Positions 54,797 through 64,000 of a DNA stretch of 64,000 nucleotides are shown piece by piece. Each line of letters opens with the position of its first letter. Within the stretch, counting starts at the first letter, position 1. The position numbers were made by a program, and so were the translations under genes. Source of the stretch: Clostridia bacterium (GTDB taxonomy: Bacteria > Bacillota > Clostridia > UBA1381 > UMGS1253); NCBI GenBank assembly GCA_045537695.1, contig JAZSQB010000023.1:15605-79604 (forward strand), written 5' to 3'. Below the pieces are notes generated by a model. The model was not told where the DNA came from. It ran no database searches and saw only the letters and a list, made by a program, of their open reading frames with translations.

Positions 54797-55915
54797 TTAT
54801 AAACAAAATACTGCTTCAAACAGTATATGGAAAGCATCCCAATAGGACAATTTGCACAGTTTTTCAACTGTCCGATTTGCAATGATATCAACACGCTTGT
54901 ACGCAGTGCCGTCTGCATATACAATTGCCTCGCCAATTTTCTCACCGCGTAACACGGGCGCTGTGAGATTTTGCTCAAATTTTGTTTCAATTTTCTTATT
55001 CGGCACTGCACCTGTTTGCTGTACTATATTCACGCTTTCTGCTAAAATTCCCTCTACACTTTCTGTTGCGCCATCTTTTATATTGACGACACCGCAAGCC
55101 GCACCATTTTCAACGAGCGGTATTAAGGCATATTCAGAATGTGCTCGATTATGTAATTTTGAATGGTCATCCCAATCGTCCGGCGCGTGCAACGTAACAC
55201 AAACTGTCTGCAAACTGTTTCGAGTTACCGAAGACACCAGACATCTGCCGGTTGCTTTAGTGAAGCCGGTTTTAACGCCATCACACCCATCCAATGTACG
55301 CAAAAGTTTATTATGATTGGATAGATATATACATCGTCCTTCTGTTGTAGCTACTGTCTTTTTTTGCATAGATACAATCTCTCGAAACGACGGATTTTGT
55401 AGTGCATAAGCCGTAATCCGTGCCAAATCGTAAGCGGTAGTATAATGCATATCATCACTCAAACCATTTGCATTTACAAAATGCGTATCTGTCAAGCCAA
55501 GTGCGCTTGCCTTTTCATTCATTAAATTTACAAATCCTTTTACATCACCACCGATATGTTCTGCCAACACAACCGCTGCATCATTGCCCGAATTAAGCAT
55601 CAATCCGCAAACCAAGTCATATACACGCATCTTTTCACCGGCTTTTAAATATAACGAGGAACCTTCTGTTCTTGACGCATCCTGACTTACGGTTGCATAT
55701 TCATCTGTCTTTCCGGATTCAAGAGCAACAATAGCCGTCATAATTTTTGTGGTACTTGCCATACCGCGCCTTGTCCGTGCGTTACTTTCATATAGAATAT
55801 GACCGCTGTGTGTTTCAATTACGCAGTAGCTTGCAGCAGAAATAGCTTCCACTTCGGTTGGATATGTATTTATAACAATACTAAACAAGAAAAAAACAAG
55901 CAGCATTTTATACAT
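54797..55915 (-). CDS. D-alanyl-D-alanine carboxypeptidase (S11, PBP5/DacB-like)
   Basis: Signal peptide with SxxK (ASTTK), SGN (LNSGND) and KTG (VKTGFT) motifs. Confidence 0.9.
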   Translation of the reverse strand: MYKMLLVFFLFSIVINTYPTEVEAISAASYCVIETHSGHILYESNARTRRGMASTTKIMTAIVALESGKTDEYATVSQDASRTEGSSLYLKAGEKMRVYDLVCGLMLNSGNDAAVVLAEHIGGDVKGFVNLMNEKASALGLTDTHFVNANGLSDDMHYTTAYDLARITAYALQNPSFREIVSMQKKTVATTEGRCIYLSNHNKLLRTLDGCDGVKTGFTKATGRCLVSSVTRNSLQTVCVTLHAPDDWDDHSKLHNRAHSEYALIPLVENGAACGVVNIKDGATESVEGILAESVNIVQQTGAVPNKKIETKFEQNLTAPVLRGEKIGEAIVYADGTAYKRVDIIANRTVEKLCKLSYWDAFHILFEAVFCL

Positions 55916-56002
55916 TCGTCACACCCCCACATATATTACATATGCAAAGGCACGGAAATTATGAAAGCCGCTTGTACAATTCATTTGCACTTCAAATCCT
56001 GT

Positions 56003-56599
56003 TTATATCAAACCCATCTTTATAAGTTTCTCCTTCAAATTCGTCATTGCTCTGAATCGGTGGCTGATTGCATTTTTTTCCGTATCGCTCATTGCGCCAA
56101 AAGTTTTTTTAAGCTCCGCAGACATAAATACCGGGTCATAGCCAAAACCACCATCACCGTCAGGCTTTTCCGTAATATAACCGTCCACTGTCCCTATAGC
56201 CGTCAGCTCCGTTCCATCCGGACTGACATAAGCAGCCGCAGAAATAAAAAATGCTTTTCTTTCTGCATGCGGTACGCCCTGCATTTTTTCTAAAAGCTTT
56301 TCAATGCGCTGGGCATCTGTTGCATTCTCACCAGCATAACGCGCTGAATAAATTCCAGGCGCACCATCCAAATAATCCACACAGAGACCGGAATCATCCG
56401 AGATGGCCGGTATGCCCGCCGCTTGCACCGCCGCACGAGCCTTAATTAAAGCATTTTCTTCAAACGTAACCCCGTTTTCCTCCGGGTCAATATCTACACC
56501 AGCTTCTTTCAAGCTAATAATTTGGATTTGTTCCGAAGAAAGAATGGTTTTAATCTCTCGAATTTTCCCTATATTGTTTGTTGCTACTAAAAGTTTCAT
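56003..56599 (-). CDS. rdgB: non-canonical purine NTP pyrophosphatase (RdgB/HAM1)
   Basis: KLLVATNNIGKIREI...FGYDPVF... Confidence 0.9.
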   Translation of the reverse strand: MKLLVATNNIGKIREIKTILSSEQIQIISLKEAGVDIDPEENGVTFEENALIKARAAVQAAGIPAISDDSGLCVDYLDGAPGIYSARYAGENATDAQRIEKLLEKMQGVPHAERKAFFISAAAYVSPDGTELTAIGTVDGYITEKPDGDGGFGYDPVFMSAELKKTFGAMSDTEKNAISHRFRAMTNLKEKLIKMGLI

Positions 56600-56705
56600 T
56601 TTTCTCACTCACATTTCCATATTTTGTTTATTTAAATTATACAATAAGCGCAAATAGAAATCAAGGTTAAGAATATGAACAAAATAAGAATTTTTAAATA
56701 TGTTG

Positions 56706-56734
56706 TTGCACTTTATTTAAATTTATTGTAAAAT
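56706..56734 (+). promoter_or_regulatory. putative promoter (TTGCAC-17-TAAAAT)
   Basis: Hexamers with a 17-nt spacer upstream of the 56770 gene. Confidence 0.5.
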
Positions 56735-56769
56735 GAAAAAGTAATTACTTGAGCAAAGGAGTTTTTATT

Positions 56770-58677
56770 GTGAGTATGACACAAAACGAAAATATGGAAA
56801 ATGAAAACCAGTCTCCAGCAGAAGCGGAGGCCGAACTTAACGTTTCGATTGACGAGGCATCTGTAGCTGAAGCCGTTGAAATGGAAACTGTTGTAAAAGA
56901 TGTTGTAGAAGATGTTGCATCTGAAGTCAATAAGGAGTCGGATTTTGAAGAGGAAACCATTTCCGTTGAAGTAGAAAACAAAGAAGATTTACCATCTGCA
57001 GAAAGTGCTCTGCAAGATGAATTGGCAACAGATGGCAAACACACAAACAAAATTTTTGCTTTTGCAGGCTTGCTTGCTTTGATTGTTATGTGTCTTGGGC
57101 TCTGGCTTGCATATTCCGGCATATTTGCGCCGAAATACGCGCCAACATACGACAACAGCAAAAACACGGCATACTTTGTGCAAAACGATGCTGTTATGGG
57201 CTACAAAGACAACGGCGACACTTACAAGGTTTTCGAAAACACCACCATTGGCGAAGCCGGTTTTACGTTTTTAGACTTTGCAAACGGCGCATCTATGCGC
57301 TCGCCAAACGGTGAAGCATTTTTCTTCTATGAAAACTTTAATGCAGAAACTTTCAGTGGCGACTTATACGTTCGCTACAAAGATAAAGAAAAAATCAAAA
57401 TTGATACAGACGTTTCTATAGGTTCCATCTGTTCATCTGATGGCAAAATCATTTTATATCCGAAACTGAATGTGATTGAGGAGGAGAAGCGTTCAGAAGT
57501 TGACTTTTATGTATATCGCAAAGGCAAAGCACCGCAACTGCTTCAGAAAAATGTCAGCCAGACAATTATGCCGGTATTTAGCCAGAGCGCTGCATATATC
57601 GCTTATGGTGTAGATAATGCGAAAACACAGAAAACAGAGCTGTATGTCGTAAAGTCCTCAGACAGAAAATTAAAACCTAAAAAAGTATCGAATAGCGTGG
57701 CGAGAATATACGCTGTAAAAGATAACGGATATGTATTTTTCAACGATGTGCTTACAACCGAAGATGGAACGCAGAAAAATGCACTTTACTATGCATCTGC
57801 TAAGAAAGGCTCTGTCAAGGTTTCTGAAGACGCTATTGCCGCAGAAACTTTCATTGGACAGTTTACAAATAATTTTGCATATTACACCTCTACGCCGGAC
57901 GGAAAAACAGAATTTAATTTAGGGAAAATCGGCAAAAAACCAAAATCCGTTTTCTCTGCCGAAAGTCAATTAAACTTCAAACTGGATGCAGAGAACGAAA
58001 ACTTTTTGTTTGTATTACCAAATGAAAACAACACAGAACTACTTGATTTTCATGTAGTCCGCGGAAATAAGCATGAAATTATAGCTACAGAAAGCGATGC
58101 GATCGCACTGAATTATTCTAAAACCAGCCGTGATTACAAAAAAATGATTTACTTTAAAAATTTTAATTCGGATAATTATTACGGCGAGTTGTATATAACC
58201 GAAAAAAAGTTTGGACTAACAAAAACCAAAAAGATTGCTGATAAAGTCGGTTATGCTATGGCGAGTGAGGATTTAGATTATATTCTTTATTTTACCGACA
58301 TCGACATATCAACCGGCATTGGTACAATGCACATTTATAACGGTAGAAAGTCTACCAAGGTTTCCGAAAAAGTTATGTATGCAGAATTTGATAAGAAAGA
58401 CAAAAAGCTCTTTTATCTTACCGATGCAAGCGCAAACTTTGAAACAGCAACTTTAAATGTAATTAACACAAACAGACCGACTAAGAATCTTGTAATTGAC
58501 AAAGAGATCTCTCTTGCAAATACAGAATTACTCTTCAGCAGCCGTAATGACGGTTCCGTATATTACATCAAAAATTATGATGCCCAAACAGGCAAAGGAG
58601 ATTTGTGCTTTGCCAAGAATAACAAAACAGGCAACGTGATTGCAAAAGGTGTTTCACAGCTAATTTTTGAAAACTAA
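56770..58677 (+). CDS. membrane-anchored hypothetical protein (acidic N-terminus, 1 TM, ~500-aa repeat-containing extracytoplasmic domain)
   Basis: AAGGAG RBS 8 nt before GTG 56770 (ATG 56776 is the alternative). TM FAFAGLLALIVMCLGLWLAY. Recurrent LY-x-hydrophobic blade-like segments suggest a TolB-like beta-propeller. Confidence 0.7.
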   Translation: MSMTQNENMENENQSPAEAEAELNVSIDEASVAEAVEMETVVKDVVEDVASEVNKESDFEEETISVEVENKEDLPSAESALQDELATDGKHTNKIFAFAGLLALIVMCLGLWLAYSGIFAPKYAPTYDNSKNTAYFVQNDAVMGYKDNGDTYKVFENTTIGEAGFTFLDFANGASMRSPNGEAFFFYENFNAETFSGDLYVRYKDKEKIKIDTDVSIGSICSSDGKIILYPKLNVIEEEKRSEVDFYVYRKGKAPQLLQKNVSQTIMPVFSQSAAYIAYGVDNAKTQKTELYVVKSSDRKLKPKKVSNSVARIYAVKDNGYVFFNDVLTTEDGTQKNALYYASAKKGSVKVSEDAIAAETFIGQFTNNFAYYTSTPDGKTEFNLGKIGKKPKSVFSAESQLNFKLDAENENFLFVLPNENNTELLDFHVVRGNKHEIIATESDAIALNYSKTSRDYKKMIYFKNFNSDNYYGELYITEKKFGLTKTKKIADKVGYAMASEDLDYILYFTDIDISTGIGTMHIYNGRKSTKVSEKVMYAEFDKKDKKLFYLTDASANFETATLNVINTNRPTKNLVIDKEISLANTELLFSSRNDGSVYYIKNYDAQTGKGDLCFAKNNKTGNVIAKGVSQLIFEN

Positions 58678-58806
58678 AATCAACTTGAAATCCGCCTTTG
58701 AAAATCATGGTTCGGATTATTCACTTTCGACTAAGCCAAAGTGCGGTAATTTAGTAAGTATAGGGCCTAAGGGGTTCGACTCCCCTCGGCTAAGGGATGT
58801 TGCTTT

Positions 58807-60177
58807 ATGAAAAATAAAACCGTGTTTTTTTGTAGCGACTGCGGTAACGAAACCGCAAAGTGGTATGGTAAATGCCCCGCCTGCGGGGCATGGAATACTT
58901 TAGTAGAGGAAACCGTATTGCAACCCGCAAAAGGCAGCGCAAAAAAGCAGTCTGTTGTATTAACAGATATAAATAAGCCCACAAAACTGAAAGATATTCA
59001 GACGGAAAAAGAGATTCGAAAATCCACCGGTCTTACAGAATTAGATCGCGTGCTCGGCGGCGGCTTAGTCACAGGCTCCCTGATACTAATCGGTGGCGAC
59101 CCTGGCATTGGTAAGTCCACGCTTTTATTGCAAATATGTGATTCACTTGCCGAAGGTGGAAGCGTGCTTTATGTTTCCGGAGAGGAATCTGAGCGGCAGC
59201 TTAAAATGCGCGCACAGCGACTGGACATTCACTCGGATGCCCTTTCCATCGTATCACAAGTCAATATGGATGCTGTGCTCCAAAATATTGACGAGCTCTC
59301 CCCTTCCTTTGTTATCATTGACTCCATACAGACAATGTATGCTCCGGAATTGAGCGCTGCTCCGGGTAGTGTATCTCAGGTTCGCGAAGTCACCATGACC
59401 TTGATGCGAAAAGCCAAGGAATACGGTATTACGATTTTGGTTGTTGGCCACGTCACAAAAGACGGCGGCATTGCCGGTCCGAAGGTGCTGGAGCACATGG
59501 TGGACTGCGTGCTCTATTTCGAAGGCGAACGGCATCAGAATTACCGCATTTTACGCGGCGTAAAAAACCGTTTTGGTTCTACAAATGAAATTGGCGTGTT
59601 TGAAATGCGTGAAAACGGTCTGATACAAGTTGAAAATCCTTCTGTCGCTTTACTGGAGGGACGCCCGAAGAACGTAGCAGGCACCGCCGTTATTTGTGCT
59701 ATGGAAGGTTCAAGACCATTGCTGGCTGAAATTCAATCTCTTGTAGCAACTACAACATTTGCCGTACCACGCAGAAGCGCAAATGGCGTTGACCACAACC
59801 GCGTTTCTATGCTGCTGGCAGTGCTTGAAAAGCGTGTGGGTATGAATTTATCCACGCAAGACGCTTATGTAAATGTAGTTGGCGGCATTCGAATTGATGA
59901 ACCTGCTGCAGATTTGGGTATTATCTGTTCTATCGCCTCCGGCTTCCGCAATTTCGTTATTCCGGAAAATACCGCACTAATCGGCGAAGTCGGTTTAACC
60001 GGCGAATTACGTTCGGTAAACCATATCGAAAAACGCATAGCAGAAATAGAAAAGCTCGGCTTTGAAAAATGCATATTGCCGAAAAACAATCAGGCGGCGC
60101 TTAAGAACTTCAAAACCATGGTTGAATTACTTTATGCAGGAAGTGTGATAGAGGCGCTTTCATTTATAAGAGAATAA
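58807..60177 (+). CDS. radA: DNA repair protein RadA/Sms
   Basis: Zn ribbon CSDCGNETAKWYGKCPACGAW, Walker A GGDPGIGKST, KNRFG motif and a Lon-like C-terminal domain. Confidence 0.95.
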   Translation: MKNKTVFFCSDCGNETAKWYGKCPACGAWNTLVEETVLQPAKGSAKKQSVVLTDINKPTKLKDIQTEKEIRKSTGLTELDRVLGGGLVTGSLILIGGDPGIGKSTLLLQICDSLAEGGSVLYVSGEESERQLKMRAQRLDIHSDALSIVSQVNMDAVLQNIDELSPSFVIIDSIQTMYAPELSAAPGSVSQVREVTMTLMRKAKEYGITILVVGHVTKDGGIAGPKVLEHMVDCVLYFEGERHQNYRILRGVKNRFGSTNEIGVFEMRENGLIQVENPSVALLEGRPKNVAGTAVICAMEGSRPLLAEIQSLVATTTFAVPRRSANGVDHNRVSMLLAVLEKRVGMNLSTQDAYVNVVGGIRIDEPAADLGIICSIASGFRNFVIPENTALIGEVGLTGELRSVNHIEKRIAEIEKLGFEKCILPKNNQAALKNFKTMVELLYAGSVIEALSFIRE

Positions 60178-60208
60178 TAAAAATCCGATGCTATTGCATC
60201 GGATTTTT
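60178..60208. terminator. bidirectional terminator shared by radA and tatD (overlaps the last tatD codons)
   Basis: AAATCCGATGC-TATT-GCATCGGATTT with a T-run on both strands. Confidence 0.85.
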
Positions 60209-60973
60209 GATTCTAAACAAATCACAACCATTTTGAAGTGTAGTTTTAATAACCTCATCCACAGAAACATTTTTAATTTCTGCTAATTTTTGTGCGACAT
60301 AAATCGTTTCACGCGGATCGTTACGTTTACCACGGTGCGGCTCCGGAGTTAAATATGGACAGTCCGTTTCCAATAAAATTCTGTCAAGCGGTACGCTTTC
60401 AGCGACATGGAGCAATCTGGATGCATTTTTAAATGTTAGTGCACCGCCAATGGAAATATACAGTCCCATTTTTAGCACTTCACGCGCAATTTCCACACTT
60501 CCCGAAAAACAATGCACAACGCCGCTACTCTTTGTTAAATCATACTTATGCAGGATGTCCATACAATCTTTTTGCGCATCACGGTTATGAATTACAACCG
60601 GCATATTGATTTCTACGGCATACGCAAGCTGACATTCAAACCAATATCGCTGTATATCACGCGGCGAATTATTGTAATAATAGTCAAGACCAATTTCACC
60701 TATCGCGCAAACCTTATCTTCCTTCGCAAGCTGTTTCAGCTTTTCGAATTCCTCTTCATTCATTTCTTCTGCGCTGTGCGGATGTACGCCAACAGCGGCA
60801 TAAATGCCAGGATACTGCTTTGCAAGCGCAACAGAATCATACGAGGATTCTATACAGCAACCAATATTCAGAATCAACGCAATATTATCTTCAAAGCAAG
60901 ATCGAATGAGCGTATCCCTGTCTGCTGCAAAACGTTCATCATTCAAATGCGCATGTGTATCAAAAATCTTCAT
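60191..60973 (-). CDS. tatD: TatD-family metal-dependent hydrolase/DNase
   Basis: IFDTHAHLND...GEIGLDYYY...ETDCPYL. Confidence 0.9.
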   Translation of the reverse strand: MKIFDTHAHLNDERFAADRDTLIRSCFEDNIALILNIGCCIESSYDSVALAKQYPGIYAAVGVHPHSAEEMNEEEFEKLKQLAKEDKVCAIGEIGLDYYYNNSPRDIQRYWFECQLAYAVEINMPVVIHNRDAQKDCMDILHKYDLTKSSGVVHCFSGSVEIAREVLKMGLYISIGGALTFKNASRLLHVAESVPLDRILLETDCPYLTPEPHRGKRNDPRETIYVAQKLAEIKNVSVDEVIKTTLQNGCDLFRIKNPMQ

Positions 60974-62328
60974 TATCTTTCCTCAATCGGCACATATTTT
61001 TTTGAGTTGACTACAGACTTGTACGCCGGACGAATAATCTTATCATTTGCAATTACTTCTTCAATACGATGCGCAGACCAACCCACGATTCTGGAAATTG
61101 CAAAAATAGGTGTATACAGTTCCGGTGGTAAATTCAGCATTTTATACACAAAGCCGGAATACAAATCAACATTTGCACAAATCGGCTTATCAATTTTCTT
61201 TTCTTGAATAAAGATACCTGGCGTGTTCTCCTGAATAAGTTCGTAAAGTCGGAATTCATCCATCATTCCTCGCATCATCGCAAGTTCTCTTGCCTTTTCC
61301 TTCAGCATAACCTCGCGCGGGTCAGAAAGTGTATAAATAGCATGTCCCATGCCGTAAACCAAACCGCTACGGTCGTAAGACTGTTTTCGAAACAGCTTGC
61401 GAATATGTTCGCAAACCTGCTTTTCATCCGTGATATCCGTCACGTTACGTTTGAAATCCTCAATCATACCCATAACACGCAGGTTCGCACCACCATGTTT
61501 TGGTCCTTTCAAAGAGCCAACAGCCGCCGCAATGGAAGAATACGTATCCGTACCGGATGATGCAAGTACACGCGTGGTAAACGCAGAGTTGTTACCACCG
61601 CCGTGTTCTGCATGTAAAATAAATGCAAGGTCAAGAATTTCCGCTTCTAACGGATCATACTGGTTATCCGGACGAAGCATATATAAAAAGTTTTCAGCGG
61701 TTGACAAATCCGCTCTTGGACTGTGAATATACAAACTCTGTCCATCGTGGTAATGGCGCTTTGCCTGATAACCATATGCCACCATTGTTGGGAAACGCGA
61801 AATCAGCTCAATGGACTGACGGAGCATATTTGCAAAGCTTATGTCATCCGGATTTTGGTCATAAGAATAGCATGCAAGAACGCAGCGCGCCAGTTTATTC
61901 ATTATGTCCCCACTTGGTGCGTGCATAATCATATCCTCTGTAAAACCATCCGGCAAATCACGGAAATCACCCAACAGACGTGAAAATGTTTCCAATTCCT
62001 TCGCATCCGGTAATCGACTGGACAGCAAAAGATAAATGACTTCTTCAAAACCAAATCTATTATCTTTTTTACACCCTTCTACGATTTCACGCACATCGAT
62101 ACCGCGATATCTAAGTCTGCCTTCGCAAGGAATTTTTTCACCGTCTTCAATATAATAACCCTTAACATCCCCGATGGCAGTTAAGCCCGCCATAATACCG
62201 GTACCATCATTACGTCTGAGACCGCGTTTCACATTATATTTATCATATAACGCTCTGTCGAGCGGACTATATGCATCTTTAATTGTATTAAAAAACGTGT
62301 CTGTTTTAGCGCCTGGATTTTCTACCAT
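60973..62328 (-). CDS. citrate (Si)-synthase / 2-methylcitrate synthase family
   Basis: LRYRGIDV..., HAEHGGGNNS and GPKHGGAN active-site motifs. Confidence 0.92.
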   Translation of the reverse strand: MVENPGAKTDTFFNTIKDAYSPLDRALYDKYNVKRGLRRNDGTGIMAGLTAIGDVKGYYIEDGEKIPCEGRLRYRGIDVREIVEGCKKDNRFGFEEVIYLLLSSRLPDAKELETFSRLLGDFRDLPDGFTEDMIMHAPSGDIMNKLARCVLACYSYDQNPDDISFANMLRQSIELISRFPTMVAYGYQAKRHYHDGQSLYIHSPRADLSTAENFLYMLRPDNQYDPLEAEILDLAFILHAEHGGGNNSAFTTRVLASSGTDTYSSIAAAVGSLKGPKHGGANLRVMGMIEDFKRNVTDITDEKQVCEHIRKLFRKQSYDRSGLVYGMGHAIYTLSDPREVMLKEKARELAMMRGMMDEFRLYELIQENTPGIFIQEKKIDKPICANVDLYSGFVYKMLNLPPELYTPIFAISRIVGWSAHRIEEVIANDKIIRPAYKSVVNSKKYVPIEER

Positions 62329-62399
62329 ACATATGCCTCCATTTCTAAGTTATAAACGATAGTATACCACCGTTCCCAATAATTTTCAAGTAAATTTGC

Positions 62400-63245
62400 T
62401 TATTTTCGTTCAATTTCCGCCTGCACAAAACGCTTGATACTTCTTGAAGCGTTAAAATGTACAACCAGTGCAAATATCGCTGTAAAATTAATAACATACA
62501 ATACAAGCGCAAACAGCTGCAAGAAATAGAAAAGTGCAATTGTCACTGCAAGTATCCCTAAAAGAACTAACAAATTCGGCAGCCAACGCATAAGCGCAAA
62601 TAACATTGCATTTTTATACAACTGCTTGGTATTATCTTCATACGTTACCATCAGCTGATAAATATAAAAGTGCATAAACGTATATAACAGCAAGAAAAAT
62701 CCAACAAAAATTAAAGCAACAACCGAGATGCCACCCTGCATCACTCCGCCATAAAACCGAATAATGGTTGTAAACAGATAAATGGCAACAACATCAAACA
62801 AAACAACGATCATGCTCTGCTTAAAATTTTCTTTAATCGTTCCGATAAAATCTGCCCATACCCAAGCAAATTCACCGCGCGAATAATTGCGCAATATGTA
62901 AGCAATACCCGCCGAGGCCGGACCCGTTCCCCAAAGCACAACAACAAGGATGGCAAAAACAAAACGTAAGCCTATATCCACGGTTAAAGCTGAATGTGCA
63001 GGCATATTCGCGAGCAATGACTGCATATTTTCACTCATTCCCGCAAGTGAACTGGCGTTAATCGGCGAAAACCAGAATAAAAGTATAATATACGGCAACG
63101 AAAAAACCAAAAAGAGAAAGTTTGTATTAATCATCGGTACAATCTTTCTGAAAATAATATCAAAAAAAGCAAATATCCCCCTCTTCTCATGTTCCTTCTC
63201 AATTTCTGCCAACTGATCATATTCAAAATCCCTAAATTTAGCCAT
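62400..63245 (-). CDS. DUF624 (YesL-like) membrane protein
   Basis: 281 aa with about 6 TM helices. The N-terminal FFDIIFRKIVPMINTNFLFLVFSLP matches the YesL-type opening pattern. Confidence 0.65.
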   Translation of the reverse strand: MAKFRDFEYDQLAEIEKEHEKRGIFAFFDIIFRKIVPMINTNFLFLVFSLPYIILLFWFSPINASSLAGMSENMQSLLANMPAHSALTVDIGLRFVFAILVVVLWGTGPASAGIAYILRNYSRGEFAWVWADFIGTIKENFKQSMIVVLFDVVAIYLFTTIIRFYGGVMQGGISVVALIFVGFFLLLYTFMHFYIYQLMVTYEDNTKQLYKNAMLFALMRWLPNLLVLLGILAVTIALFYFLQLFALVLYVINFTAIFALVVHFNASRSIKRFVQAEIERK

Positions 63246-63453
63246 AAAAAATAACTCCTTTTAATATTTAAGCCCTTCACGGGCACAAACGCCTTTCTGT
63301 TGGTCAATACCAATTCCGTTGCTTCATCAAAAACAAAATCATAGATAGCACCGGTTTTTAAAAATTGCAATGCGAGCACCTTGCGTTCCATTCCGCAACA
63401 GCGAAGCGTCAAGCAAAATGCCGCTGTTTACTTCCCTTTTCCATGCGTCACAC

Positions 63454-64000
63454 CTACTTACTTAAAATCTTCTTCAAATACTGTCCGGTTGAAGATTGAT
63501 TGCATTTTGCAACCTTTTCCGGCGTACCACAGCAAAGAATTTCACCACCGGCATCGCCGCCCTCCGGTCCAAGGTCAATAATATAATCCGCCGTCTTAAT
63601 TACATCCAAATTATGCTCGATAATTAACACGGTATTGCCGCTCTCCAACAAACGCTCCAACACTTCAAGCAAGCGATGTACATCAGCAACGTGTAAACCA
63701 GTCGTCGGTTCGTCCAAAATATAAATTGTCTTGCCGGTTGAGCGTTTGCAAAGCTCCGTGGCAAGCTTCACGCGCTGTGCCTCACCACCCGAAAGCGTCG
63801 TAGACGTCTGCCCAAGCTTGATATATCCAAGACCCACATCATAAAGCGTTTGAATCTTACGTGCGATTTTAGGGATGTTTTCAAAGAAAACAAGTGCTTC
63901 TTCTACTGTCATTTCCAAAACCTCGTGTATATTCTTACCTTTATACTTCACTTCCAAAGTTTCCTTGGAATAACGCTTTCCTTTACATACCTCACACGGC
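63454..64000 (-). CDS. uvrA: excinuclease ABC subunit A, C-terminal part (gene continues beyond the window)
   Basis: ABC signature [12 protein letters not shown], Walker [14 protein letters not shown]-loop IIEHNLDV. The ORF is open to the window edge. Confidence 0.93.
   Translation of the reverse strand, partial: PCEVCKGKRYSKETLEVKYKGKNIHEVLEMTVEEALVFFENIPKIARKIQTLYDVGLGYIKLGQTSTTLSGGEAQRVKLATELCKRSTGKTIYILDEPTTGLHVADVHRLLEVLERLLESGNTVLIIEHNLDVIKTADYIIDLGPEGGDAGGEILCCGTPEKVAKCNQSSTGQYLKKILSK

Noticed and set aside
58767-58982. 71-aa minus-strand ORF over the radA start.
   Set aside because: It lies antisense to radA and its leader and has no RBS.
63131-63412. 93-aa minus-strand ORF between uvrA and the DUF624 gene. 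Its stop forms an ATGA overlap with an internal Met (M38) of the DUF624 protein, which suggests an alternative two-gene model.
   Set aside because: The DUF624 opening pattern (FFDIIFRKIVPMINTNFLF) lies upstream of M38, so the long DUF624 model is preferred. The small ORF would then overlap it by 115 nt. A real ~55-aa peptide or a gene remnant in 63246-63412 cannot be excluded.

Overview
Chromosomal window from an anaerobic, endospore-forming Firmicute. The class Clostridia is inferred from gene content and protein sequences, which look Oscillospiraceae/Ruminococcaceae-like; this is inference only. I count about 60 genes and one tRNA. I saw no rRNA, CRISPR array, transposase, integrase or phage genes.

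Layout:
(1) 1-4.9 kb: housekeeping genes, including CIRCE-controlled groES-groEL.
(2) 4.9-28.2 kb: one long minus-strand Wzx/Wzy-type exopolysaccharide locus. It holds several glycosyltransferases, an initiating phosphotransferase, polymerase, flippase, acetyltransferase and GtrA/GtrB/GtrII-like parts. Four c-di-GMP proteins are interspersed. One is a chain-length regulator (PCP/Wzz) fused to a degenerate GGDEF domain, in the position where Gram-positive loci normally carry a BY-kinase.
(3) 28.4-40.4 kb: spoVAD-spoVAE abutting rubrerythrin/desulfoferrodoxin, tRNA-Leu(GAG), an OmpR/HK pair plus a GerM-like protein, serA-serC, mnmA, a Cys-rich orphan protein and an SDR.
(4) 40.5-50.0 kb: the most unusual part. 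Two tandem T-box leaders each drive a three-domain fusion protein (XRE HTH + cupin + adenylate-forming acyl-CoA synthetase). The promoter-distal leader continues into a P-loop ATPase, a four-subunit 2-oxoacid:ferredoxin oxidoreductase and an amidohydrolase. The two specifier loops differ; my best reading is GUA/Val and AUC/Ile. From this I propose a tRNA-gated route that activates short branched acids and reductively carboxylates them into branched-chain amino acids.
(5) 50-64 kb: Na+-pumping oxaloacetate decarboxylase with a split alpha subunit, rluB, a DD-carboxypeptidase, rdgB, a large membrane-anchored orphan, radA, tatD, citrate synthase, a DUF624 protein and the 3' part of uvrA.

All family assignments come from reading motifs by eye. 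No database search was run.
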